A stretch of 64,000 nucleotides of DNA. It comes from Protoeuglena noctilucae (Eukaryota). A model generated the notes under the pieces. That model was not told the origin of the DNA and made no database searches. It saw only the letters and a list, made by a program, of their open reading frames with translations. The position numbers were made by a program, and so were the translations under genes. Shown one piece after another: positions 48,615 through 64,000 of the stretch; within the stretch, counting starts at the first letter, position 1; every line of letters starts with the position of its first letter. The stretch spans positions 744,001 through 808,000 of the forward strand of contig OY253670.1 of NCBI GenBank assembly GCA_958009085.1, read 5' to 3'.

Positions 48615-51600
48615 ATGCCGACCCAGAAAAAGAAGGTAAAGAGCGTCGGGGATATCCACGTGGACTGGGAGTGGGCCCATGCGATGCTCCCCTATTTTTC
48701 CACTGGAAACGCCTGGCAGCCAAGCCGAGCGCGCCCTGAGCAAAGATGGTTGATAACTAACAAATGCCGGCGCCGATGGCCTGCCGGGCCTGGCCCAGCG
48801 ACTCGCTCCACCCGCTTCTGCGCTGCGGTCAGCATGCGAACCCGACCCCCCGGCCACCGCGCCCCCCGCATCCCCGCCCCTCCGCAGTACAAACCGGGAT
48901 TGATAGAGGCGGCCCCTCAGGACACAGCCATCGTCATTCACTATGTGAAGGAGACCGTCACGTACGGGGACGATGGGCGCGTGCAGTCCAAGGAGGAGGA
49001 GAGCAGCGTGCAGGCGAGGAGCCCGTCAGGACATGCCGCGGGTCGAGCAGCTGGTGGGCTGCCAATCGCCGGCCCTGGCCGAGCCCGGCTCACCCCGGCT
49101 GGCCCCTGCGCCCTACCGCGCAGGCGATCAAGCTCGAAAAGCACTTGGTCCCCGGGGCAGATCTGGAGAAGCTGGCGGCCAAGGTAGTGGAGAAGAACAA
49201 GCTCATCCATGAGAGCAAGACGTCGCACGTGCTGCAGCTCCTGGTGGACATGTACGAGAGCAAGTTTGGGGGCGCCGGGACCAGGGTCGCGCCTGCGCGC
49301 TCCCAGACCCGCGCGAAGCGGGAGGAGATGCTTGCGCAGATTCAAGTCGAGGCTGCGGAGGCCGCGCGCCTGGAGGATCTCGACAAGTACGTGGAGATGC
49401 TTTACGAGGACACGCTCGAGCAGCGCGTGCGCGCGTCGGCGCTCATCTCGCACCTCTTCCGCGTGCCGGAGCACCTGCCCGTGCTTCTCGACCACCCCGC
49501 GTTAGTCGGGGCGCTTGCCAGGTGCGTGGCGGGGCCACGGGGCTCTAAACGAGCCATGCTTTGTCGCAGGGTGGCGGTACCAGCAGAGCGCCACTGCCCC
49601 CGGCGTCGTTTCCGCAGAGTCCTCCGCGACGATTGGATGAAGTCCATCGACCTCGAGATCTACATCGTCAGCTCCTTCTTCGCCGTGTCCCTGGTGAGTG
49701 CCTGGCAGACCCTGTGCCACCTGTGCTGCGCTGTGGAGAACCGTGGCAGGCTGGGGCCAGAGGGTAGGGTGCCCCGTATGCCATGCCCGCAGTGGAGCAA
49801 TTTCCACGATCGTCTCCTGGAGCACCTGGTCGGGAAGATCACGATCGACATTATCGATCTGGAGATGAAGCGCGCGGCTGAGGTGGGCTGCCGTGTAGCG
49901 ATGCTTCGCTGCGAGTGAAGCAGCGTCCCCTCTTCGTCTTGCAAACGTACTTCTGCCTTCTCTCTGTCGCACTGTCTTTGCTTGCCGGCACTTGCTTGCG
50001 GCGCGGCAACCCGCCTCGATGCCTGCGCGCAGAGGGAGCAAGACGACGGCGTGGCGCCCTCCGCCGTGGCGCACAAGGTCGCGGAGATGCAGCTTGGGCG
50101 AGGGGACGCCAACATGTCCGGGCGCGAGCGGCGGCTCCTGAGGTCCGTGTCAGGCCCAGCAACGCCTGCATCCACGCCCCCCGAAGCAGGTCCCCCGGCC
50201 TGCCCATGGCCCGTGCGCTGCTGTTAACGGCTGCGGTCCCTCGCCTCGCCCCCGCAGCGTCATTCAGAAGCAGGACCGGCTCCTCTACTACGCCTTCTAC
50301 CTGCTGCTGAACCTGGCAGAGGACATCAACATCGAGCGCAAGATGAGGCGCCACAACATCGTCGGGTACCTGATCCAGTGCCTCGACCGCAGCAACGTGG
50401 ACCTGCTCCTCGTGGCCATGATGTTCCTCAAGAAGCTTGCCATCTTCCAGGCGAGAGCGGGCGGCGTGGTGGTGGCGAGGTGGCAAGCGCTTCTTGTCGC
50501 TCGCTACGAGTGACGTGCCCGTTTCAGCAGACCATGACATGCTCGCTCGTGTGCGCTATACCTTTGCAGGAGAACAAGGAGCAGATGTCGAAGGCGGGGA
50601 TCGTGCCCAAGCTCGTCAAGTACGTGTCGGTGAAGAACACCGAGCTGATCATGGTCGTCCTGCGCCTGCTGCACAACCTGAGCTTCGACGTGGGCCTTCG
50701 CGGGGAGATGGTCGCGCAGGGGCTCGTGCAGGCGGGCGTGGAGCTCATGCGGGAGCCGGACCTGCAGCCGGTCGTCATGGGCCTGCTGTACCACCTGTCC
50801 ATGGATGACAAGGCCAAGAGCCTGTTCACCTACACGGGCGCCGTGTCGATGATCCGCGAGTTCCTCCTGCAAGTCGACAACCTCCGGGAGACGCCGGAGC
50901 TCATCGCGCTGGCGGTCAACCTGACGCAGAACACGAGGAACGCCGAGCTGCTGTGCGAGAACCAGGGCCTCGACAAGCTCATACGCAAGGCCCTGCAGAC
51001 GTTCGACGATCTGCTCTTCAAGGTGTGCCTGCGGGGGTGGAGGGACTCTAACTGGGGCTGCCAACTTCAAGCTGCCGGCCTCGCCGCCTGCCGCGCTCCA
51101 CGTGCCGCCGCTCGCCCGCTCCCCGCGCAGGTCATCCGCAACATCAGCCAGAACAGCAACTCGGTCAAGAGGCGCTTCGTGCCGTACGTGCCGGAGCTGG
51201 TGGAGCTGTTGAAGGCCGACGTGACATCCAACGTGCTGGTCGAGGTGCTGGGCACCCTGGGCAACCTGTCGATCCCCGAGGTGGACTTCGAGGCGCTGGT
51301 GACGGAGCACGGGCTCATCGAGTTTCTGGCAGCCGCGATCCGCCCCGACGTGGTCGAGGACGACATCCTTCTGGAGGTCGTGGTGTTCCTGGGGACGCTC
51401 TGCACGGCCAAGACGGCGCCGCTCATCACGCAGACGGCGCTGGTGGGTCGGGGAACCGCGGGGCTGTCGTGCTGGATCGCGGCGTGCTGGCTGCAGAGAA
51501 GACAAGATGTCGCGTCTTGGTCCCTGCTTTGCACTCGTGTCGATGCAGTCCTCTGCCCTAGTACATTGGCTTTGTCAACCACCCTCTTCTGCCCATGATC

Positions 51601-52357
51601 GCACCTCGGTTGCCCCGCAGGTTCCCGCGCTGCTGGAGCTCATCACGGAGCGCAAGCACGACGACGAGTTCGTCTTGCAGATCGCCTTCACTTTCCAGAA
51701 GCTCCTCATGTTCCCAGAGACCCGGAACGTGCTTATCAACCAGACAGACGTGAGCTCGGCGCGAACGGTGGAGGTTGCATCCGCACCGTGGTGGACAGCT
51801 GACAAGCCTGCCCTCGCCAGAGGCCCGTGTCACCCCATGCTGCACGTCACTCGGCGATGCCAGTTGCGCTCGCAGGCCGTGTCGTACCTGGTGGACCTCC
51901 TCTTCGACCCGAACAAGGAGGTGCGTCGGACGGCGGGCAAGGCAATCGACACCGTGATGGACTTTGACGAGGAGTGGGCGGTGCGCATTCGGGACCTCAA
52001 GTTCCAACGGTACAACGCCCAGTGGCTCAAGACGCTCGGGATCGCGGGGGGTGTGTCCAGGTGTGTTTGCATGGTGCACCACGTGCGGTGATGGCCTGGA
52101 TGTGAGGGTCTTAGCTTGGAGAGCTCTGAGCCGTGCGCCTGCTGCTTGCCTCTCTTTATTGCACCGCCCCTCGTCCGATGCTGGGCTTCTGACGCCGTGC
52201 GCCCGGGTCGCCTTGCAGGGATGCGAGGATGGGGGCGAGCGGAGACAGCCAGGGCATGGATGACAGCATGGATGGCGGCATCCTGGTGTACGACGGCGGG
52301 CAGCAGGTGTACGCCGACATCAACCAGATCTACGGAGAGCAGCAGGTGTCCTTGTGA
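48615..52357 (+). CDS. KAP3: Kinesin-associated protein 3 (non-motor subunit of kinesin-II, intraflagellar transport)
   Basis: AIVIHY, VVEKNKLIHESK, LDKYVEMLYED, ALARVLRDDWMKSIDL, KQDRLLYYAFYLLLNLAED, LRLLHNLSFD, LIALAVNL, DDEFVLQI and KFQRYNAQWL. Exons join in frame. Confidence 0.93.
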
Positions 52358-52523
52358 GGGCCACGGCGACTTTCGCCAGAGCGGCGTAACACAACCTGAG
52401 ACGCTCTCTGCCTCCCCACGTCACAGCACGCATGCTGCTCGCCGACCCTGCGCCAGCGCATTCGTCTTATCCTTTCCCTTCAATCGCGCCCGGCGCCAGA
52501 TTTGAAAACACGGACCACCTCGC

Positions 52524-53855
52524 TCAGAAACCGTCGTCACTGTCCTCCAAAACCTGCGCCATCCGCTCCAAGTCCAGCTCCACGGGCCCGTCGTGCTGCG
52601 TGCCCGCCTGCGTGGCCACCCCGACTGCCCCAGGCGACGAGGCCAGGTCGTCGTGCTGACCGTCGCCTCCCGACGTCGCTGGCCGCTCTGCGGGATCCTG
52701 CGTCGCACCCCCCGCGCCATACCCGCGCGCCGCCGCCTCGGCCGCTTCCAGGGCCTCCCAGTCGTCCTCGTCGAGGTCTCTGGGACCAGCAATGGCCCCG
52801 TTCGCCTCGCGACCCGCCCCGGGCTCCTCCTTCGGGGTTGACGGGGCCAGGTTGCCACCCGCAGCCCCCGGCGGCGCCCCACCGTCGCCCTCCAAGACCG
52901 TCTGCGCCGCGACCTGCGCCAGGTGCTGCCTGTAGCGCACCAGGGCCTCGACGGGCGTGGACCGCACGCACTCCCGCCGCATTTCATACAGGCGGTCGTG
53001 CATGTCCCCACGGCTGCGGCTCAGCGAGGCCAGCTCGGCCACGAACGTATCGAAGCTCATACGCGGGCAGAACTCGGCGTGCCACTTCTGGTAGTATCGC
53101 AGCAAACGCCTCAGGTCCCTGCCCTCATGCCCGGGTCCCTTGATCGTCGCAGGGAACTCCTTCGCGACGGTGCCCAAGAGGAATTCGAAGCCCGTTTCTT
53201 TCACGCAGAGCTCCGCCACTGCAGCCACGGCAGGGAAAGGCACTGTCCTGCCAGCCCAGGGATGATGACCCAGCACAAGCACGATGCTCGGGGCCGGTGG
53301 CTGGCCGGGCGGAACGCGCGAGCTCAGCGCTCACCCGTGAGGGGCTCCCGCATCGTCCGCCGTATCTTCTTCGGCTGCTTGAACGCGGGCGCGCTCGAGG
53401 GGCTTCCGTCCCCAGCAGCCTCACGCTGGGTCGCATTGTCCTGGCCGGAGGGCTGGGGCCGACTGGCGTGCACCTGCTGCGCATGCGTGACAGGTAGCTG
53501 TTCTAGGTAGCCGTCGACGTCTCGGTGGCGCATAGCGACGAGGCGCGGGCCCCTTACCTGCAAATTCGGACGCTCGGCACGCTGCGTCTCGGCCCCGCCC
53601 CGCTTGCCGCCCTTGGCCCCTGCTTGAGCCTCCCGCCGTCGAGTCATGTCATTCTTGTACGACTGGGTCCACTCAGTGCTCGGCACGGTGCAGTCCCTGC
53701 ACGCGGCAGCCAGGCCTGTTGGTGCGAACGCTTCAACGGCACTGTCTAGACGCACTGGGCAGCTCGCCGACACGGTGGGTGACGTACCTTGCCCAGTGAC
53801 CTTGCTGGCCGCATTTGTAGCAGCCAGATGGCTTCTGCGTCTGCATCCCCGCCAT
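52524..53855 (-). CDS. TIPIN: TIPIN/Swi3/Csm3 replication-fork protection protein with an N-terminal CCHC zinc knuckle
   Basis: GCYKCGQQGHWAR|DC knuckle split by an intron, Swi3 domain KGPGHEGRDLRRLLRYYQKWHAEFCPRMSFDTFV, and an acidic tail. Confidence 0.85.
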
Positions 53856-54090
53856 TCCCGCGCCAAAGAGCACCCACACGCGGCGACGGACGCGACTCGC
53901 GGATCGAGGGAGCGGTGTCTGGGTTTCACAAACTGTCCCGCAACTGCCTCTCGCGCCGCGCCTGTGAAGAAGCGACGGGAGTGGTCGCAAGCGCCGACAA
54001 CACTGTCAACAGCTGCTGCCAGAATTTTCAAAGGTTGCGGACAAGCCGCGGCGGCCACGCCCTGCAGAGTCAGCTGCGCGATGCTCTCGT

Positions 54091-56227
<2,137 letters not shown>

Positions 56228-56610
56228 CGCGCCACCCTCGCCCAGTCCGACCTATTCCCTGAATGAACGGCGGCTCCAGCACACCCGATGCGTCGAAGAT
56301 GACCCAAGCACCTGCCTGGCCTTTCGGGAAGGGGAGGCGTGTACGCTACGATCTAGTTGAGCGCGTCTGAAGCCGAGGAGGCGGCACACCAGGCTTGAAT
56401 GCAAACGCTCGGGCAGATGACGCATTTGAGGAGCGGAAGCTGCGAATTAGGCTGGAGCGCGGCGACCCTCGCGCCTGGCACCAGGGTCTTCCCCGGGAGA
56501 GCTTGGCCCGGCGGCCATGAGGCCCGCACGGCAGCGCGGCCGTCGAGTGCGTGGACAATTGGCAAAGAGAAGTGCTCGGCTGCTGCTGTTTCATCGAATT
56601 TGGGTCCAGG
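56228..56610. promoter_or_regulatory. Putative bidirectional promoter / 5'UTRs shared by threonine synthase and homoserine kinase
   Basis: 383 bp between divergent start codons. Inferred from geometry only; no motif identified. Confidence 0.5.
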
Positions 56611-58457
<1,847 letters not shown>

Positions 58458-58504
58458 TGATGTGACCAAAAACTGACTCACTGATGATTGAAGCGTGCGA
58501 TGGG

Positions 58505-59547
58505 TTAGAAACGGGGCAATCCCGGCAGCACGGGGGCGGTGCGCTTGGCCCAATCGCGATAGACGTCGCCGAACGCCTCCTCGAGCACCTGGGCCTCGAG
58601 GGCGGTGCGGTGGTGGTAGTATGCGGCGCATACGGTTGCGTTGGCTAGGGCGCATGACGGGCAGCCGAACGCCAGGCCAAAGCCCGAGAAGAGCGCCGCG
58701 TAACTGACGTAAATGGGATGCTGGAGGTGGCGGTACGGCCCGGTTGTGACAAACGACTGGGGAGCCACGAGGCGGTCAAAGGCCGGGCCGAGACTACTCA
58801 CTGCCCACCAGTGAAGAACGCAGCCGGCCCACATGAGCGCCATGCCGACTGCGGTGGTGGAGCAAGAGCGAGTGAGAGACAGGGGTGGGGGCGCCCTGCC
58901 CAGATGTATGCATAGACTCCAGGGAAGAGCTTGTGCGGTGCTGCCTCACCCACTCCCAGGGGCGTGAGGTCCCAGACGCCAAATGCGGCCGAGAGGTAGT
59001 GTAGCAAGGGGATCGTGACGGTGAAGGCGAGCTGGGCAATGTGATTCAGCATGGATGAGCGCTGCCTGTCTCTCGAGGCAGGGGCCAGGGACCCTGGGTG
59101 GGCAGGGAGGGATGCAGGGAAGCGCGTCAGACGACGAACCAGGCCAGGCAAGGCACCGGGCGGCGAGAGAGCGACAGAACGCGTCGCACCGTGTTTGAGG
59201 ACCCTGCGGAGCGCCCCAACGCTGAAGAAGGCGACGTACGTGATCCAACACACGAGCCCTGTCTTTGAGACCTTGCCGAAAAAGACGAGCTGGGGGAGAA
59301 TCACCAAGAGACCGGTGACGGCGCTCAGACGAGCCAATTGAGCGACGTAGGCTGCCCCTTTGCCGGCCGTCCGGAGCCATCCCTCGGTCCTGCGTCCATC
59401 GCTTGCGGCTTGAGGAGGCACCGCAATCCGTACAAAGCTCTTGGAGCTCCGGCTTGGGCTGTGTGAGGGGCGAGGGATGCCTCCTTGCCCCCCAAGAACC
59501 CCCCTCGCCCGTCGACAGGGCGACGCTCCCGTCAAGGCAAGCTTCAT
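58505..59547 (-). CDS. Isoprenylcysteine carboxyl methyltransferase / PEMT-family membrane protein, possibly organelle-targeted
   Basis: Several TM helices plus SLGPAFDRL...FVTTGPYRHLQHPIYVSY...RTALEAQVLEEAFGDVYRDW, the ICMT/Ste14-type signature. Start uncertain. Confidence 0.8.
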
Positions 59548-59757
59548 CCCATGCTCTTCACATGTGCGTGCTCTGCGGGCCGGGGGGGAGGCCAAAGCAG
59601 TGTGAAACCTCTTCCAGCACTGTGCCAGACAAGCCAACCGCGCCACTTCGGTGACTTCCATGCCGGACAGCTCTGCGGTGTTCCAGAGAGACGCATGGCG
59701 TCGTGACGCATGTCATAACGACCCGCCACGGTCGCCAAGCTGTGTTTTGGCGAAGCC

Positions 59758-62700
59758 ATGGCACAACGCTTGCTGCAAGGGAGGAGGGGAGATGACGACC
59801 TGCGGGTCCTGGTGGTGGGCGACTCGAGCCTCGCCTTCACAGTCCAGCTGGCCCATGCCCTCGACGAGACATACATAGGTGCGTGTTTGGCGTAGCGATG
59901 GGAACCTTGGAGCCCTGAGCCTGAATCTTCCGTCCCCGTCACGAGCAACCCGCATGTCCGCAGTGTGTGCCGTCCGCGATGTGGCGGAGGGGCCGTGCTC
60001 GCCCGCGGAGGCTCAGCTTCGCAACCTCGGCGTGGACATCGTCCGGGACGTCGAGCCAAGCGACCTCAGGGCGTCCCTTCCAGGTGAGGGCGCACGGGTA
60101 CACATGAGACACTTCTACCGCGCAGGCGCGTGTCTCGGAGCGGCCGGTGGTCCCCAGAGATGTGCAGCGAGGCGCACTTCAAAACATGCGCGCTGCCACG
60201 TGCGCGTTCCCGCAGACTCCATGTTGCTGCCGTACGACTTGATCATCTACGACGGCTGCGGGAGCGACCGAGGCGGCCCCACGTTGAACCTGGCGGAGCT
60301 CGACACCCGCGTGCTCCTGTGGCGGTTTCTCCGGAGGTGGGCTGCTCGCCTGACGCCGTTGTTGGGAGCTATGCCCGTGCGGGCCGTGGGGTCGTGACGC
60401 GCCGCACGTGGCCCTCCCAACGCAGTGCGTCGACCCTATTGGCGGCCCCGGACTCCGAAGTCCACGTCCTCTGCGCGCTCGCTCATCCGGGTTCCGCCAT
60501 CTGCGTGCCGTCGCTGGCGCAGGCCCGCACGGGGCTCCATTTCCACGACACGTCTGCCAGCCGCGGCAGCCTCCCTCTTCCCCCCGGGACGTGGTCGCAT
60601 CGCTTCCGCCCGCGCGCTCCGCCGCCCTCGCGCGGCGCTGCGTCGACGCCCGGGTGCAGTCTCTGCGGCTTGCGGAGCGCGTCCGACGCCGCGCTGGCCG
60701 CCCACCTCTGCACCTCTCGCCACGCCCGCGCGGTCGAGGTGGAGGAGCGTTGGACGGCCTGGGTCTACGCCGAGCTGCAGCGCGAGGCGAGCGCGAGGGT
60801 GGCCCGCGTGCGGTCTTCCGGCGGCGCGGGGCGGGGCCCGGCCAAGCGTACCGCGGACGGGGTGGCCCGCGACCTGGCGCGGTACGTGTCCCAGCCGATG
60901 TCAGCGGTGGAGGACAGGGACGATAGGGACGACTGCACGGTGGCGGAGGAGGGGTCTGCCGTGAGCACGCGCACGTGGGGCCCGGGTGGGGAGGAGGAGG
61001 AGTGGGCTCGCGTGGACCTTATGCTGCGCGCCGAGGACGCCCATTTGGCACGGCTGGCGTCGTCCAAGGAACTCGTGACGCAGTCGTGGCAGAACCGCGC
61101 GCAGAGGTGAGGCCTGGCCCGCGCACTACAGGTACTACTGCGCCTCTGCGTCAACTGCGTCTGCGCCTGCCGAGAGACACTGCTGAGAGACATCGTCCCC
61201 TTCGATGCCCTCGCAGGCAGCGGAGGCTTCAGCAGGCGCAGCCATCCGCCAAACGCACCGCGGGCCCCACGCGCACCCCAGACACGGGCCCGCCACGCTC
61301 CCCGGCGCCCCGGGACCCCGCCGCGCGGCAGGGCCGTGGGGCGCCCCCCGGGCCGTCGCTCCTCCCCTGCCAGCTCTCCGGGGTGCGGGAGGTCTCTCCC
61401 GTGGTACCCATCGACCACACGGAGCTCGAGGGCCCCGGGCGCGCAGGCTTCCAGCGCTTCGTGGCGCGGTCGGGGGGCAGCCTTGGGAGCCAGGCGTCGC
61501 AGAGCGTCGCGGACGTGGTGGCGGAGGTCTCTGCGGAGGTATCTGTGGCTGTTGGGGGCCTGGGCGGGGCCGAGCCAGAGGTGTCGTCTGCCGGGAGGTC
61601 CGGGGAGCGCCTGGGGCCGCAAGAGCTGCCGGCCCTGGTGGTGGCGCGGGCCACGAGGCGGTCGCTGCTGCGAGACATGGAGGAGGCGGCGGTTATGGAG
61701 GAGTCGATAGTGACACCGACGCCGGCCGGGGCGGCGCCGCGGCCAGCTGCGGCATGGACCCCCGCATCTGCGCCCGTCCCGGTGCCTGGCCCTGCCGCGG
61801 CCCGGCCTGGGCGTGACGAGGAGGAGGCGGCGAAGGAGACGTGGCCGGGGGGCTCGCCTCCGGAGGGTGGGGCTGGTGGGGTGCGTGACAGCCGCGACGT
61901 GGGCAGGGCAGGGCCGGCCTGGCCACCCTCGTCGCCCAAGTCCCTGGGCTTTGCGGAGGACATCTCTGCGGTGGAGGACTGCGAGGTTGGCGTCGCCGCA
62001 TTGGAGCAAGTCGACGCTGAGGGCGGCGAGGCAGCTGTGGTGGACGACGGGGCGGGTGGGGCTGGTGAAGGGGGCCGTGCTGTGGATGCGGAGGTACGGG
62101 CGGAGGCGGAGATGTCGGGGAACGTTGGCGAGGAGCCACCGGCGTGGTCCAGGGCTGTCGAAGCTGACGGCGATCGGTGGGCGGTTGCAGAGACGGGGGC
62201 GAGCGTTGGTGACGCAGCGTGGGCCCCATCGACGCTCCGTGAGACGGCCTCCCGCGAGGGCGGCGTCAATGCGCGCCAAGGCGACGCCCAGGTGGCACCG
62301 TTCTCGGGCGAGGTGCCTGCCGAGAGCGACGCGGGGGTTGTGGAAGGCAGAAGGGCGACGGTGGGGGTGGATCACGTGTCTGGGGCAGGCGCAGCCATGC
62401 CCGGCGACGCACGGGGCCCTACTAAGCCGACGGCCGAGTCGAGGGCCGAGCGCACGCCCGTCTACGAGCCGGTGGTGCTGTGCGAGCGGAGCGAGTCGAT
62501 GGATATGCCCTCGAGCCGGCGGGTGCCAGCAGGGCCTGTCCCGTGCCCCAGTGAGGGTGCCAGCGGTGGCGAGCGGGGCTACAGCGACGCCGGGGTGCTC
62601 GCGGTCGGCGCTCCGCCGGGAATCGAACCGGAAGAAGAGCACTTTTGGGCGGGGTTCGCGTCGGGGGCGGTGGCGGTGGTGACTGCTGTGGTGGTGACGA

Positions 62701-62789
62701 GCGCGTTGGGGCTGCCGGGGTCGCCCTTAGCATTGCTGCGGGGCGCGGTGACGTGGTGGAGGCACCACGGGGTGCTCATGTTGGCCTAG
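59758..62789 (+). CDS. DUF2431/BMT5-like methyltransferase-fold protein with a C2H2-type Zn finger, long disordered region and C-terminal hydrophobic anchor
   Basis: Spliced N-terminus LRVLVVGDSSLAFTVQLA...LRNLGVDIVRDVEPSDL...YDLIIYDGCG...LLWRFLRSASTLL...EVHVL, then CSLCGLRSASDAALAAHLCTSRH, and a terminal FWAGFASGAVAVVTAVVVTSALGL. Confidence 0.6.
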
Positions 62790-63013
62790 TAGCCTCGTGA
62801 CGCCATGCTGCCAGGCCCTTTTTTGACGAGCTCGCGCGGGGCTCTTCAATGCCCATGCCCTAGCCGCGCGTCCTTGACGCACTCGCTGGCCCACACCAAC
62901 ACGCGTCCATTTGCAATCCATCGTCATCCGTCGGATCTGTGTTCCCAACGTTGGGCTCCCTATCTGCGCATGGCCCAGCTGCCTTGGCCCGTACCCGTCT
63001 CGGCCCTGCTGGC

Positions 63014-64000
<987 letters not shown>

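Noticed and set aside
8660..49130. Introner-like elements suggested by short direct repeats at both ends of some GC introns (e.g. gcaggcga in KAP3, cgcaggcg in RHD3)
   Set aside because: The repeats are largely explained by splice consensus. I saw no shared internal sequence or terminal inverted repeats between introns, although an all-vs-all alignment was not possible.
52040..52230. Apparent frameshift before the last KAP3 exon
   Set aside because: Resolved by a phase-2 GT donor (TCC AG|gtgtgt), which gives an intact C-terminus.
53733..53855. CCHC zinc knuckle as a retrotransposon gag remnant
   Set aside because: It is split by an intron and joined to a Swi3 domain, as in plant-type TIPIN. 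No RT, integrase or LTRs are present.

Overview
Compact, very GC-rich, intron-dense eukaryotic nuclear DNA. PsbS, plastid-targeted threonine-pathway enzymes and flagellar genes point to a flagellate chlorophyte green alga (inference). The six-frame ORF track is mostly exon fragments and GC-driven shadow ORFs, so I rebuilt gene models by hand from splice sites. In order, the genes are: one or two low-complexity/coiled-coil hypothetical genes (-), Notchless NLE1 (-), RHD3/SEY1 GTPase (+), PsbS (-), gamma-tubulin complex GCP2 (-), a ~22 kb axonemal inner-arm-type dynein heavy chain (+), a CPR5-like membrane protein (-), a small MGCGASK acylated protein (+), an F-box/WD40 protein (-), kinesin-II subunit KAP3/FLA3 (+), TIPIN/Swi3 (-), threonine synthase (-) head-to-head with homoserine kinase (+), an ICMT/PEMT-family protein (-), a DUF2431/BMT5-like Zn-finger protein (+) and the 3' part of a (DHFR-)thymidylate synthase (-). 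Four observations stand out. (1) About 20 of roughly 100 traced introns use GC rather than GT donors. (2) Two consecutive threonine-pathway genes share a ~380 bp divergent intergenic region. (3) The dynein carries two in-frame TAG codons plus indel-type lesions, while the other recognisable genes I traced are intact. (4) A perfect (TGAGGG)18 tract lies inside an intron. No prokaryotic systems, CRISPR arrays, RNA genes or transposases were seen.
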